Shown here: positions 1 through 9,377 of the stretch, piece after piece | Numbering within the stretch: position 1 is the stretch's first letter | Layout: every line of letters starts with the position of its first letter | Source of the DNA: Oceaniferula sp. | Lineage (GTDB): Bacteria; Verrucomicrobiota; Verrucomicrobiia; Verrucomicrobiales; Akkermansiaceae | DNA: 64,000 nucleotides | Reading direction: 5' to 3' | NCBI GenBank assembly: GCA_041548785.1 | Contig: JBFERY010000008.1 | Location: forward strand, 3,903 to 67,902 | Notes under the pieces: generated by a model | What the model saw: only the letters and a program-made list of their open reading frames with translations | Told to the model about the DNA's origin: nothing | The model's database searches: none | Position numbers and translations under genes: made by a program

Positions 1-1
1 A

Positions 2-967
2 CTCGTCCCCGAGGCGAGCTGCGTCGTCGGCCACGGCCAAATGGAAAAAGACGAACTCGAGGTCGTCATGCGCACCTTTGTCCAGGGCAAGGCTGATATC
101 CTGCTCGCCACCACCATCATCGAAAGCGGTATCGATATCCCGAATGCCAACACGATCATCATCGACCGCGCCGATCGCTTTGGCCTCGCAGACCTTTACC
201 AACTCCGTGGCCGGGTAGGCCGCGCCGGCGGTCAAGCCTATGCCATCCTGCTCCTCCCCCGCGATCTCATCAACAGCGACGCACGCAAACGCATCAACGC
301 CATCCAGCAATACACTGCGCTCGGATCCGGGTTCAAAATCGCCATGCGCGACCTCGAGATCCGCGGCGCAGGAAACCTGCTGGGTACCAAACAATCAGGC
401 CACATCGCCGCCGTCGGGTTCGACCTCTATTGCCAACTCCTACGCCAGTCCATCGACCGGCTCCGCGACGGAAAAACCAGCCAACGGGTCGACGTCACCC
501 TGCGTGCCGATTTCCTGCGCTTCAGCGAGACCGAATCCCTCCCGCCCAAGCCCAAGCCCAAGACCAAGACCAAGCCCAAAACCGAGCCCGCCAGCAAAGC
601 CAGTGGCGCCAACATCCTGGGGGCCTACCTGCCCACCAGCTACATGCCGGAAGCGCGGCTGCGCATCTCAGCCTACAAGGAACTCGCCGAGCTCGTCTCC
701 AGCACGGAACTTAAAGCCCTGCATACCCGCTGGATCGATCGCTTCGGCCGCCTTCCCGCCCCCGCCCAACACCTGCTCACCGCCACCGAACTCAAACTCG
801 CCGCCGCCGCCGCCGGTATCACCACCGTGGAAATTCGCGAACAACGCCTGATGCTGACCCGCAATGGCGAGTACATTTTCCTGTCCGGCAAACGCTTCCC
901 CCGCCTCACCCAGGTCACACCCGTGAAAAAACTCGAGGAAACACTCGCGATGCTCAAATCCATCTAG
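2..967 (+). CDS. mfd: Transcription-repair coupling factor, C-terminal part (5'-truncated by the window)
   Basis: Frame is open from position 2 (LVPEASCVVGHGQM). SF2 helicase motifs ATTIIESGIDIPNANT and QLRGRVGR, TRG motif DLEIRGAGNLLG, then a TRCF domain (RISAYK...DRFG). Confidence 0.95.
   Translation, partial: LVPEASCVVGHGQMEKDELEVVMRTFVQGKADILLATTIIESGIDIPNANTIIIDRADRFGLADLYQLRGRVGRAGGQAYAILLLPRDLINSDARKRINAIQQYTALGSGFKIAMRDLEIRGAGNLLGTKQSGHIAAVGFDLYCQLLRQSIDRLRDGKTSQRVDVTLRADFLRFSETESLPPKPKPKTKTKPKTEPASKASGANILGAYLPTSYMPEARLRISAYKELAELVSSTELKALHTRWIDRFGRLPAPAQHLLTATELKLAAAAAGITTVEIREQRLMLTRNGEYIFLSGKRFPRLTQVTPVKKLEETLAMLKSI
545..586 (+). repeat. In-frame hexamer tandem repeat (CCCAAG/ACCAAG, 7 units) encoding PKPKPKTKTKPKTE
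   Basis: Read directly from the sequence. Confidence 0.8.
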
Positions 968-1143
968 TGTTCCGTCAGGGACCCATAGGCGGGTTTAACC
1001 GGGCACTCGTCCTTGACCAACCCTCAAATACCAAAACACCAGCCCGTGAAAGGGCGTGGGGGGACGTTGCAACCGAGGCACCGAAACCTCAGGAAATCGC
1101 GACATGTATGGTCATATTGGGACAGATTTTGGCAGCATCTGCC

Positions 1144-1200
1144 TAGACACATCACAGCGATACAGCTAGGTTAGCTGCCTCATTTGAAACTTCATTTCAA
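1144..1200 (+). promoter_or_regulatory. Putative sigma70 promoter of the PFOR gene with two inverted repeats
   Basis: TAGACA(1144-49)-17 nt-TAGGTT(1167-72). IR CAGCTA-GGT-TAGCTG at 1163-1177; IR TTGAAA-N5-TTTCAA at 1184-1200. Confidence 0.4.
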
Positions 1201-1258
1201 TCCAAATGCCGCAGATGCCGCAGACTTTCCGCGCAGCCATCCCACCAACCAGCTTACC

Positions 1259-4200
1259 ATGACTACTCCAGAGAACATCCCCAGCCCAGCATCCGACAAC
1301 TCACCCAAGTACCCCGGCGAGCCCATCACCTGCAACGGCAACCAACTTGTCGCCACTCACGTCGAATCCCGCATCACCGACGGCGGCATTTTCTACCCCA
1401 TCACCCCCTCCACCGAGGGAGGCGAACTCTACCAGCAGTCATGGGCCCAGGGAGAGCTCAATGTTTTCGGCCAACAAAAAATCGCCGTCGAAACCGAAGG
1501 GGAACACGCCGCCCAAGGCGGCGCCACCGCCTTTGCCATCACCGGCCGCCGCACCGTCAACTTCACCTCCGGACAGGGCATTCTCTACGCGATGGAACAA
1601 TACCACCACGCCCCCGGCAAACTTTCCACCATGGTCCTGGAAATCGGCGCCCGCGCCCTGACCAAACACGCCCTCAACGTGCACTGCGGTCATGACGACA
1701 TCTACTCCGCCCTCGACACCGGCTGGATTATGCTCACCGGCAAAGACGCCCAACAAGCCGCCGACCAGGCCATCATCCTGCGCAAGGTTTGTGAACTATC
1801 ACTGAACCCGGGCATGAACATCCAGGACGGCATGCTCACCACCCACGCCGAACGCGTGTTCCTCCGCCCCGAAGCCGGACTTCTACGCGAATTCCTCGGC
1901 GCACCAGACGACCGGATCGACTGCCCAACGGATGCCCAGAAGGAACTTTTCGGCCCACAACGCCGCCGCGTACCCAAGATGATGGATATCTGCAGTCCCG
2001 TGCTTGTCGGCCCCGTGCAGAACCAGGAACATTACATGAACGGCGTCGTCGGCCGCCGCAACCACTTCAACGAACCCATCCTCGGCATGCTCGAAGATGC
2101 CTACAAGGAGTTCGCCGAACTAACAGGTCGCGAATATGGCCTGCTTTCCGAATACCGCACCGAGGACGCCGACACCGTCTTCATCAGCATCGGCTGCGCC
2201 GCGGAAAACATCGAGGCCGCCTGTGACCACATCCGCGCAACTCGCGGCGAAAAAGTGGGCTCCATCCACTTCAACGTCCTCCGCCCCTTCCCGGAAGCGA
2301 TCCTCATCGAAGCCATCCGGGGCAAGAAAACCCTGATCGTTCTCGAACGCACCGATGAAGGCCTGTCAGGAGACAACCCGCTGACCCGCGACATCCGGGC
2401 CGCGATAGGCAAATCCCGCGATGCGCGCCAGTGGGGCGGAAACATCCCGGCACTCTCCCCCGAGGAGACGCCCCACCTTTTCCGCGGCGTCTACGGCCTC
2501 GGCTCACGCGATTTCCGCCCCGAACACATCATCGGCGCCTATGACTTCTCCCAGGGTAAAATCGCCCGCCAAGACGGAAAAAAAGCTTCCCACGGCACCA
2601 CCTTCTTCACCCTCGGCGTCGACCACAAGTATGCCGTCATCTCCGAGGAAACACCCTCCCTTCTACCTGAAAAATCCATTGCCGTCCGCTTCCACTCCAT
2701 CGGTGGCTGGGGGATGATCACCACCGGCAAAAACCTCGGCAACATCCTCGGCGAGTTCGGGGCACTGCTCTCCGACCGCAGCCCCGAGTACGACCCCGAA
2801 ACAGGCAAACTCCTGCCCAAACTCCACATCGCCGCCAACCCCAAGTACGGCTCGGAGAAAAAAGGCTCGCCCACCAACTACTTCCTCGTCGTCGCCCCCG
2901 AGCGCGTCCGCGTCAACTGCGAACTTCACCACGTCGACGTCGTGCTGTGCTGCGACCCGAAAGCCTTCACCCACTCCAACCCGCTCGCCGGAATCAACCC
3001 GGGCGGCAGCCTCGTCTGGGAGTCGTCAATGGATCCTGAAGCAGCCTGGGAGTCGATCCCCCAAGAGCACCGGCAGTCCATCCGCGACAATAACATCCGC
3101 ATCTTTATCCTCCCCGGATTCGATATCGCCCGCGAAGCCACTCCCCGCGTCGATCTCCAGATGCGGATGCAGGGCAACTCATTCCTCGGTGCCTTCTTCA
3201 AAGTCTCACCATTCCTGTCCGACAACAACATCACAGAGGAAACGTTCCGCAAAACGGTGCGCAAACAGTATGAGAAAAAATTCGGCCGCTTCGGTGCCAA
3301 TGTCGTCGAAAGCAACATGACCGTCATGACCGAGGGCGCCGCCCGCGTCCAGGAAATCAAATACGGTGAACTCGACGCCCCCGATACCTCATCACTACGC
3401 CTTCCGCCACTGGCCCCCGTCAACGCGGAGGAGCCCGTCCTGCCCACCATCATGTGCAGCGGCATGGAATGCTACATCCCCAGGCCTGACGACCAGGGAG
3501 ACCGCTCCCCGATCCAAACCCAAAAGAAATTCGACGGCGAATTCCGCGCAGGAAAGGGATACCACCAACCCGCCAGCCCCCTTTCCAGCGTCGGGGTGAT
3601 GGCCGCCGCCACCGCCGCCACCACCAGTAAATATGTGGCGCGCAGGATGACCCCACTTTTCATCCCCGAAAACTGCACCCAATGCATGGACTGTATCACC
3701 TCCTGCCCGGACACGGCACTCCCGAACACCGCCCAGGAAATCAGTACCGTCCTCCGCACAGCCACCCGGGCCTACGTCTCCGAGCCGTCCCAGCGCGAAG
3801 CCCTGTTGAACGAACTCCCCAAAATAGAGGAAAATGCACGCAAACGCATGCTCGAGGTCGTCGAAGCCAAGGAATCCACACCCTTTAAAGAAATCATCCG
3901 CGACGAGGTCACAGCCCTGAACGGCGCGATCTCCCAAAAGGCAAAAGACGAACTCTTCGCCATCCTCGACGTCGTCCCGATCGCCTACAACAAAACCGCC
4001 GCCATTTTCCGTGGCAAAGAGAAAAAATCCGGCGACGGCGGAGTCTTCTCCATCTTTGTCGCAGACCTTTGCAAAGGCTGTGGCGAATGTGTCGAGCAAT
4101 GCGGACATGGCGCCCTGGAAATGGTGCCCGACACCGCCGAACTGAACCAGACCCTGGCATCCGCCCAGCTGTTCTCCCGGATGCTTCCCGATACCCCCGG

Positions 4201-5968
4201 CAAATACCTCGGCCTCTACGACGACGATGCGCCCGAGGACTCCCGCCCGGCAGCCCTCAGAAACCACCTGATGGTGCGCCGCAACTACGAGGCCCTCGTT
4301 TCCGGTGACGGCGCCTGCGCCGGCTGCGGTGAAAAAAGCATCCTGCGCGCGATCGCCTCCGTCACCGAGGCCTACATGCGCCCGATGTACCACAAAAAAG
4401 CCAAGCGCCTGCTGCAAAAAGCCGACCAACTCGAATCCCAGGGACCCGGACTCCTCGACCAACTCAAAGCACGTTCAGAGGAAGAATACACACTCTTCAA
4501 GCGCTCCGTCGCCCACGTCGTGATGGGACTCGGTGGCGAAAACCACGCCGACACCGATATCCGCCTCAGGGAAAACGGCATCATCAGCGACGCAGACATC
4601 ATTACCGCCCTCGTGTCAATCATGCGCGTCGATGCCTATAACCACCAGTCACTCCAGGCCGTCGATGGCCGCCTCGCCAACGGCATGGCCACCATGATGA
4701 TGGGTGCTAACACCGGCTGCAACACCGTTTACGGATCCACCCCCCCCTCCAACCCCCACCCCTACCCATGGATGAACTCCCTCTTCCAGGATGGAGCCAC
4801 CATCTCCTGGCTCATGGGTGAGTCGCTGATCCTGCGCCACAGCCGCCGATCAGTCGCGCCGGAACGGATTTCCAACTTCTTGCTCGGATTGCTCGACGAC
4901 AAGGACGCGCAGGTCATCGACGAGAAAAAATACTTCGCCATCACCCACCTCAACGATGCGCAGATGACACCCCAGGAACTCAACGAACTCCCCAAGGTCT
5001 GGTGCATCGGGGGAGACGGAGCCCTCGGCGACATCGGCTTCCAAAACCTCTCCAAGGCCGTGCTCCAAGGACGCCCCAACATCAAATTCCTCATGCTCGA
5101 TACCCAGGTCTACTCCAACACCGGCGGTCAAAACTCCGACTCGTCATTCATGCCGGGTGGCTACGACATGAACCAGTTCGGCGTCAGCACCCAGGGCAAG
5201 ATGACTGAGCGAAAGTCCGTCGCTGACATCCTCACAACAGGCCACGGCTCCCCCTACGTGGCACAAATCTCAATCACCAACGCCGCGAAACTCTACCAAA
5301 CCATCCTCGAAGGGCTCGAATACCGCGGTGCTGCATTCTACCAATGCTACACGACATGCCAACCCGAACACGGCGTCGGTGATGATGCCTCCGCCGCCCA
5401 GGCCAAACTCGCCCGCGACTGTCGCGCCATGCCCGAGTTCGTCTTTGACTCGTCCCTCGGCGAACTCGTTCAGGAGTGCTATGACGTCAAGGGCAACCCG
5501 AACACCAACCGCGACTGGCAACAGATGCAGTCCAAGATCGACAAGGAAATCAGCTACGCCTTCACCACCGCCCACTGGGCGACAACTGAGGCGCGCTTCC
5601 GCCGACATCACCAGGTCATCACCGAAGAGGAAGCCAAAGCCATGATTCCGCTCGAAAACATGCTTCAGCTCGTTTCCCAGAAAGATGTGGCGCATTACCT
5701 CTTCGCCGATGAAAACGAAAATGCCTACGTGCCGGACTTCGGGGTCTTCATCCGCACCGAGTTCAACAATCAAGTGAAATACCACTCACTGAGCCGCCAA
5801 CTCGTGCTCTTCTGCGTGGAACGCCGTAAGGCATGGCGCCTGATGCAGTCCAAAGCCGGTATCGCAAACCCCGACTACCAAACGCAACAGGAAATCCTGA
5901 AAAAACTCGCCGCGGGCGAAATTACCCGTGATGAGGTGCTCAAAAAAGGAGCCGCGATAGTCGGATAA
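1259..5968 (+). CDS. Single-chain pyruvate:ferredoxin/flavodoxin (2-oxoacid:acceptor) oxidoreductase, NifJ-like
   Basis: YPITPST, FTSGQG, HCGHDD, GGWGMITTGKN, [4Fe-4S] motifs CTQCMDCITSCP and CKGCGECVEQC, GACAGCGE, TPP-binding GGDGA...LDTQVYSNTGGQ. Start moved from TTG 1184 to ATG 1259. Confidence 0.92.
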   Translation: MTTPENIPSPASDNSPKYPGEPITCNGNQLVATHVESRITDGGIFYPITPSTEGGELYQQSWAQGELNVFGQQKIAVETEGEHAAQGGATAFAITGRRTVNFTSGQGILYAMEQYHHAPGKLSTMVLEIGARALTKHALNVHCGHDDIYSALDTGWIMLTGKDAQQAADQAIILRKVCELSLNPGMNIQDGMLTTHAERVFLRPEAGLLREFLGAPDDRIDCPTDAQKELFGPQRRRVPKMMDICSPVLVGPVQNQEHYMNGVVGRRNHFNEPILGMLEDAYKEFAELTGREYGLLSEYRTEDADTVFISIGCAAENIEAACDHIRATRGEKVGSIHFNVLRPFPEAILIEAIRGKKTLIVLERTDEGLSGDNPLTRDIRAAIGKSRDARQWGGNIPALSPEETPHLFRGVYGLGSRDFRPEHIIGAYDFSQGKIARQDGKKASHGTTFFTLGVDHKYAVISEETPSLLPEKSIAVRFHSIGGWGMITTGKNLGNILGEFGALLSDRSPEYDPETGKLLPKLHIAANPKYGSEKKGSPTNYFLVVAPERVRVNCELHHVDVVLCCDPKAFTHSNPLAGINPGGSLVWESSMDPEAAWESIPQEHRQSIRDNNIRIFILPGFDIAREATPRVDLQMRMQGNSFLGAFFKVSPFLSDNNITEETFRKTVRKQYEKKFGRFGANVVESNMTVMTEGAARVQEIKYGELDAPDTSSLRLPPLAPVNAEEPVLPTIMCSGMECYIPRPDDQGDRSPIQTQKKFDGEFRAGKGYHQPASPLSSVGVMAAATAATTSKYVARRMTPLFIPENCTQCMDCITSCPDTALPNTAQEISTVLRTATRAYVSEPSQREALLNELPKIEENARKRMLEVVEAKESTPFKEIIRDEVTALNGAISQKAKDELFAILDVVPIAYNKTAAIFRGKEKKSGDGGVFSIFVADLCKGCGECVEQCGHGALEMVPDTAELNQTLASAQLFSRMLPDTPGKYLGLYDDDAPEDSRPAALRNHLMVRRNYEALVSGDGACAGCGEKSILRAIASVTEAYMRPMYHKKAKRLLQKADQLESQGPGLLDQLKARSEEEYTLFKRSVAHVVMGLGGENHADTDIRLRENGIISDADIITALVSIMRVDAYNHQSLQAVDGRLANGMATMMMGANTGCNTVYGSTPPSNPHPYPWMNSLFQDGATISWLMGESLILRHSRRSVAPERISNFLLGLLDDKDAQVIDEKKYFAITHLNDAQMTPQELNELPKVWCIGGDGALGDIGFQNLSKAVLQGRPNIKFLMLDTQVYSNTGGQNSDSSFMPGGYDMNQFGVSTQGKMTERKSVADILTTGHGSPYVAQISITNAAKLYQTILEGLEYRGAAFYQCYTTCQPEHGVGDDASAAQAKLARDCRAMPEFVFDSSLGELVQECYDVKGNPNTNRDWQQMQSKIDKEISYAFTTAHWATTEARFRRHHQVITEEEAKAMIPLENMLQLVSQKDVAHYLFADENENAYVPDFGVFIRTEFNNQVKYHSLSRQLVLFCVERRKAWRLMQSKAGIANPDYQTQQEILKKLAAGEITRDEVLKKGAAIVG

Positions 5969-6174
5969 GCCCCCCCCAAGGATGGGTTTCCGCCCACGAC
6001 ACGTCTTTTTGTCACAATAAGTTGAACAACTTCGGGTGACGAAGACGCCTGTCCTTGTACCTTGCCATCGGCCTTATTAGGCTCCAGAATACGCTCGAAC
6101 CTGATACAAAACCCGCAAGTGCCTCAACCCGCAAGTGCCTCAATAAGAACACCTCGCCAGTCCCGCTCCTCCCC

Positions 6175-7158
6175 ATGATTACGTTTAAACATATCTTCTG
6201 CCTCGCGCTCGTATGCCTCGCGCCCCTCACCCATGCCCGTGAAGTGACCGGTATCGCCGCCAAAGTCAATGGCAAGGTCATCACCAAAAATGAGGTCAAC
6301 TACCACCTCACCCCCTACCGCCAGCAACTCGATGCCTCCATGCCCCGTAAAGGCCCCCAATATTACGACCTCATCAAAAAAGCCCGCGGCGAAATCCTCG
6401 ACAGCCTCATCGAACGCGAACTGATCCTCTCCGAGTTCCACGACAAAATCAAAGGCAAATTGCCCAGCCACGCCATCGATTCCGAAATCAACCGCCAAAT
6501 CCGCGAGCTCTATAATAACAACCGCAACGAGTTCAACAAATCCCTGCGTCAGGCCGGCGTCACCCCCCAACAACATCGCCGCGAAACGGAAAAAAAACTC
6601 ATCGTGCAGGCCATGCGCTCCCAACAGTTTAAAAACTCGGTGCCCCCACTCCCCAGTGAAGTCGCCGCAGAGTTCAGTAAACATAAACTGAAAATGCGTG
6701 ACATGACCGGCGACGCCCTCGAGTTCCACAAAATCTACATCCCGAAACTCGACCCCAATAACGCCCTCGTCACCCCCAAAACCCAGCTCCAACTCGCCGA
6801 AAGCATTGCCGAACAACTCGATAAAGGCGCCAACTTCGAGGAACTCGCCAGAAAACATTCCAAAGATGCCTGGGCCGATGAAGGTGGCAAAGTTGAAAAA
6901 ACCAACCGCACGGACCTCTCCCCCGCTTTCGCCGCCATCCTCATGGAAACCCCCACAGGGAAAATCCTCGGCCCCCTCGAAGACGGCCGCGGCTATACCA
7001 TCGTACGCCTCGATAAAAAATACTACGGACCCACCCCACCACTCAGCAAAGTCCGCAAAGCCCTCGAAGGGCGTGTCCGCGCCCAAAAAAATAAATCCAA
7101 ACATGACCGGTGGATGAAACGGCTCCGCGACAACGCCATGATCGACAAGAAAATCTAA
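6175..7158 (+). CDS. SurA/PrsA-like periplasmic peptidylprolyl isomerase (parvulin domain)
   Basis: Signal peptide, IAAKVNGKVIT SurA-N-like motif, FEELARKHSKD...GG parvulin motif. Start ATG 6175 preferred over 6055. Confidence 0.85.
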   Translation: MITFKHIFCLALVCLAPLTHAREVTGIAAKVNGKVITKNEVNYHLTPYRQQLDASMPRKGPQYYDLIKKARGEILDSLIERELILSEFHDKIKGKLPSHAIDSEINRQIRELYNNNRNEFNKSLRQAGVTPQQHRRETEKKLIVQAMRSQQFKNSVPPLPSEVAAEFSKHKLKMRDMTGDALEFHKIYIPKLDPNNALVTPKTQLQLAESIAEQLDKGANFEELARKHSKDAWADEGGKVEKTNRTDLSPAFAAILMETPTGKILGPLEDGRGYTIVRLDKKYYGPTPPLSKVRKALEGRVRAQKNKSKHDRWMKRLRDNAMIDKKI

Positions 7159-7275
7159 CGATAAACAACGTCCACTCCCTCGCTATTCCCAATGGGGTGT
7201 TTGGCACTCTATACGGCACTCGAAACCTAAGACCCAAACCTTGGGTCTCAACCCCCAAACCTTAAAACCGCTCCC

Positions 7276-8055
7276 ATGGACTACCTCCACTCACTCTTCA
7301 GCCTCAAGGGCCAAGTCGCCGTCGTCATCGGAGGGACCGGCAACCTCTGCGGCAGCATGGGAATCGCCCTCGCTCGCGCCGGTGCCGAGGTCATCCTCGT
7401 CGGACGCAACCCTGAAAGCGCCATCGAAAAGCTCGCCGCCATCGACGCATTCGGCGGAACATCATGGTTCCATAAAGCTGACGTCACCCGCCGTGATGAC
7501 ATCGACGACCTCCTCACCGCCGCCCTCCTGCGCTCAGAAAAAGTAGATATCCTCGTCAACGGCGCCGGCGTAGGATCAGGCACTCCATTCCTCGAAATCA
7601 GCGATAGCGAAATCGCCCAACTCATGGACATCAACTTCAATAGCGTCTTCCACGCCTGCCAGATTTTCGGCGACTACTTCATCAAGCGCAACGAACCATG
7701 CAGCATCATCAACATGGGATCCATGGCAGGGAGAATGCCGGTCTCCGGCATCTTCGCCTACTCCGCCGCCAAGGCCGCCGTCCACAACCTCAGCAAAAAC
7801 CTCGCCCGCGAATGGGCAGAACACGATATCCGCGTCAACACCCTGGTTCCCGGCTTCTTCCCGACCGCCGAAGCCTCACGCCTGGGTGATGAAATGCGCG
7901 CCCTCGAAATTCTCCGCCATACCCCGATGTCGCGCTTCGGTAACGCCGATGAACTCAACGCAGCCACCCTGATGCTCGCATCCAACAATGCCGGCTCGTT
8001 TATCACCGGCACGGAAATCATCATCGACGGCGGGTTCTCCGCAATGACGATTTGA
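7276..8055 (+). CDS. SDR family oxidoreductase (gluconate 5-dehydrogenase/KduD-like)
   Basis: GGTGNLC Rossmann motif, NGAG, YSAAK catalytic YxxxK, C-terminal IDGG. Confidence 0.9.
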   Translation: MDYLHSLFSLKGQVAVVIGGTGNLCGSMGIALARAGAEVILVGRNPESAIEKLAAIDAFGGTSWFHKADVTRRDDIDDLLTAALLRSEKVDILVNGAGVGSGTPFLEISDSEIAQLMDINFNSVFHACQIFGDYFIKRNEPCSIINMGSMAGRMPVSGIFAYSAAKAAVHNLSKNLAREWAEHDIRVNTLVPGFFPTAEASRLGDEMRALEILRHTPMSRFGNADELNAATLMLASNNAGSFITGTEIIIDGGFSAMTI

Positions 8056-8140
8056 ACGAAGCCCCTTTCATACCCCCACCACGACCGCCGCAACAACGTG
8101 ACTTGGGGTATTTAGTATTTCAGCATGTAACACCCAACAC

Positions 8141-9232
8141 TTGATCCTCTACATCCACATCCCCTTCTGCCACCGGATCTGCCCCTACTGCTCCTTTTAT
8201 AAACACACCCCAGGCGAAACCAACATACCGGCATTCATCCAGGCGATCATCAAGGAAGCGCGTACCGCGGACATCCAACCTGACACCCCCATCACCACCC
8301 TCTACCTCGGCGGAGGCACACCCTCCATGCTCTCGCCGAGCCACCTCACCACCCTCTTCGATGGCTTGCATGATACCCTTCCACTCGAAAACACCCACAT
8401 CACCCTAGAGGCCAACCCCGCGACCTTCGGCCACGCCAAGGCCGCACTCTTCAAAGAACTCGGAGTCAACCGGACATCGCTCGGTATCCAGTCGTTCTCG
8501 CCGCATCTGCTCAAAACCCTCGGCCGCGAACACAATCCCGACCAGGCCGCCGAAGCCGTCCACACCCTGCGTGCTTCCGACATGGAGGAGATCAACATTG
8601 ATCTCATGTTCTCCATCCCGGGTCAGGAGATATCCGACTGGCAACATAGCCTCGACACCGCCATCCAACTCAAACCCGACCACATTTCCGCCTACAATCT
8701 TACCTACGAGGAGGATACCCCGTTTTTCCACAGCCTCCAAAAAGGGCACTACTCCGATAACGAGACTGATAACGCCGAAATGTTCTCCCTCGCCCACCAC
8801 TCGCTCACAAACGCAGGATTCCACCATTACGAGACTTCGAACTACGCACAGCCGGGCAAGGAATCACAGCACAACCTCGACTACTGGCACGGCCACGACT
8901 ACCTCAGCTTCGGCCCCTCCGCCGTCTCCACCATCAACGGAAAACGCTGGAAAAACATCCCTGACACCGCAGGCTACATCCACGCCATCAATACCGTCGG
9001 CCACGCCATGAGCGAAGCAGAAACCATCGACGCCGACGCTTTCCGTATCGAACGCATCGCCCTGCTGCTCCGAACCACCAGCGGCCTCCCCGATCATTAC
9101 CTCAGCAACTCGCCCGACGGCGCCGTCAATCAACTCCTCGAAAACAATCTCGCAAAACATCAGGACGGCCACCTCCTTCTCATCAACGACGGCCCAATGC
9201 TCGTCGACGCCGTCGCCGAACTCCTGATTTGA
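8141..9232 (+). CDS. hemW: Radical SAM family heme chaperone HemW
   Basis: YIHIPFC, CxxxCxxC (CHRICPYC), GGGTPS, HISAYNL, YETSNY and the HNxxYW motif (HNLDYW); TTG start. Confidence 0.88.
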   Translation: MILYIHIPFCHRICPYCSFYKHTPGETNIPAFIQAIIKEARTADIQPDTPITTLYLGGGTPSMLSPSHLTTLFDGLHDTLPLENTHITLEANPATFGHAKAALFKELGVNRTSLGIQSFSPHLLKTLGREHNPDQAAEAVHTLRASDMEEINIDLMFSIPGQEISDWQHSLDTAIQLKPDHISAYNLTYEEDTPFFHSLQKGHYSDNETDNAEMFSLAHHSLTNAGFHHYETSNYAQPGKESQHNLDYWHGHDYLSFGPSAVSTINGKRWKNIPDTAGYIHAINTVGHAMSEAETIDADAFRIERIALLLRTTSGLPDHYLSNSPDGAVNQLLENNLAKHQDGHLLLINDGPMLVDAVAELLI

Positions 9233-9377
9233 TCGCCCCACCCCAAGAAACAATCACCGCAACATGCCCCCTCGCCCCCGTCGTCCCACGGGGCCCCTCT
9301 CCAGAGGAACTTTAGCAAAAGCGCCACTCCTTTCTGCCATTGACAACCCATCCCAAATCCGCTTTCAACATCTCCCC

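Noticed and set aside
1052-1065. GCCC-GTGAAA-GGGC as a REP unit
   Set aside because: Single copy with a 4-bp stem; no second copy found in the window.
1138-1177. Second DtxR-type box upstream of PFOR
   Set aside because: Only half-site similarity (GCCTAG, CTAGGTTAG), which is explained by the -35/-10 hexamers.
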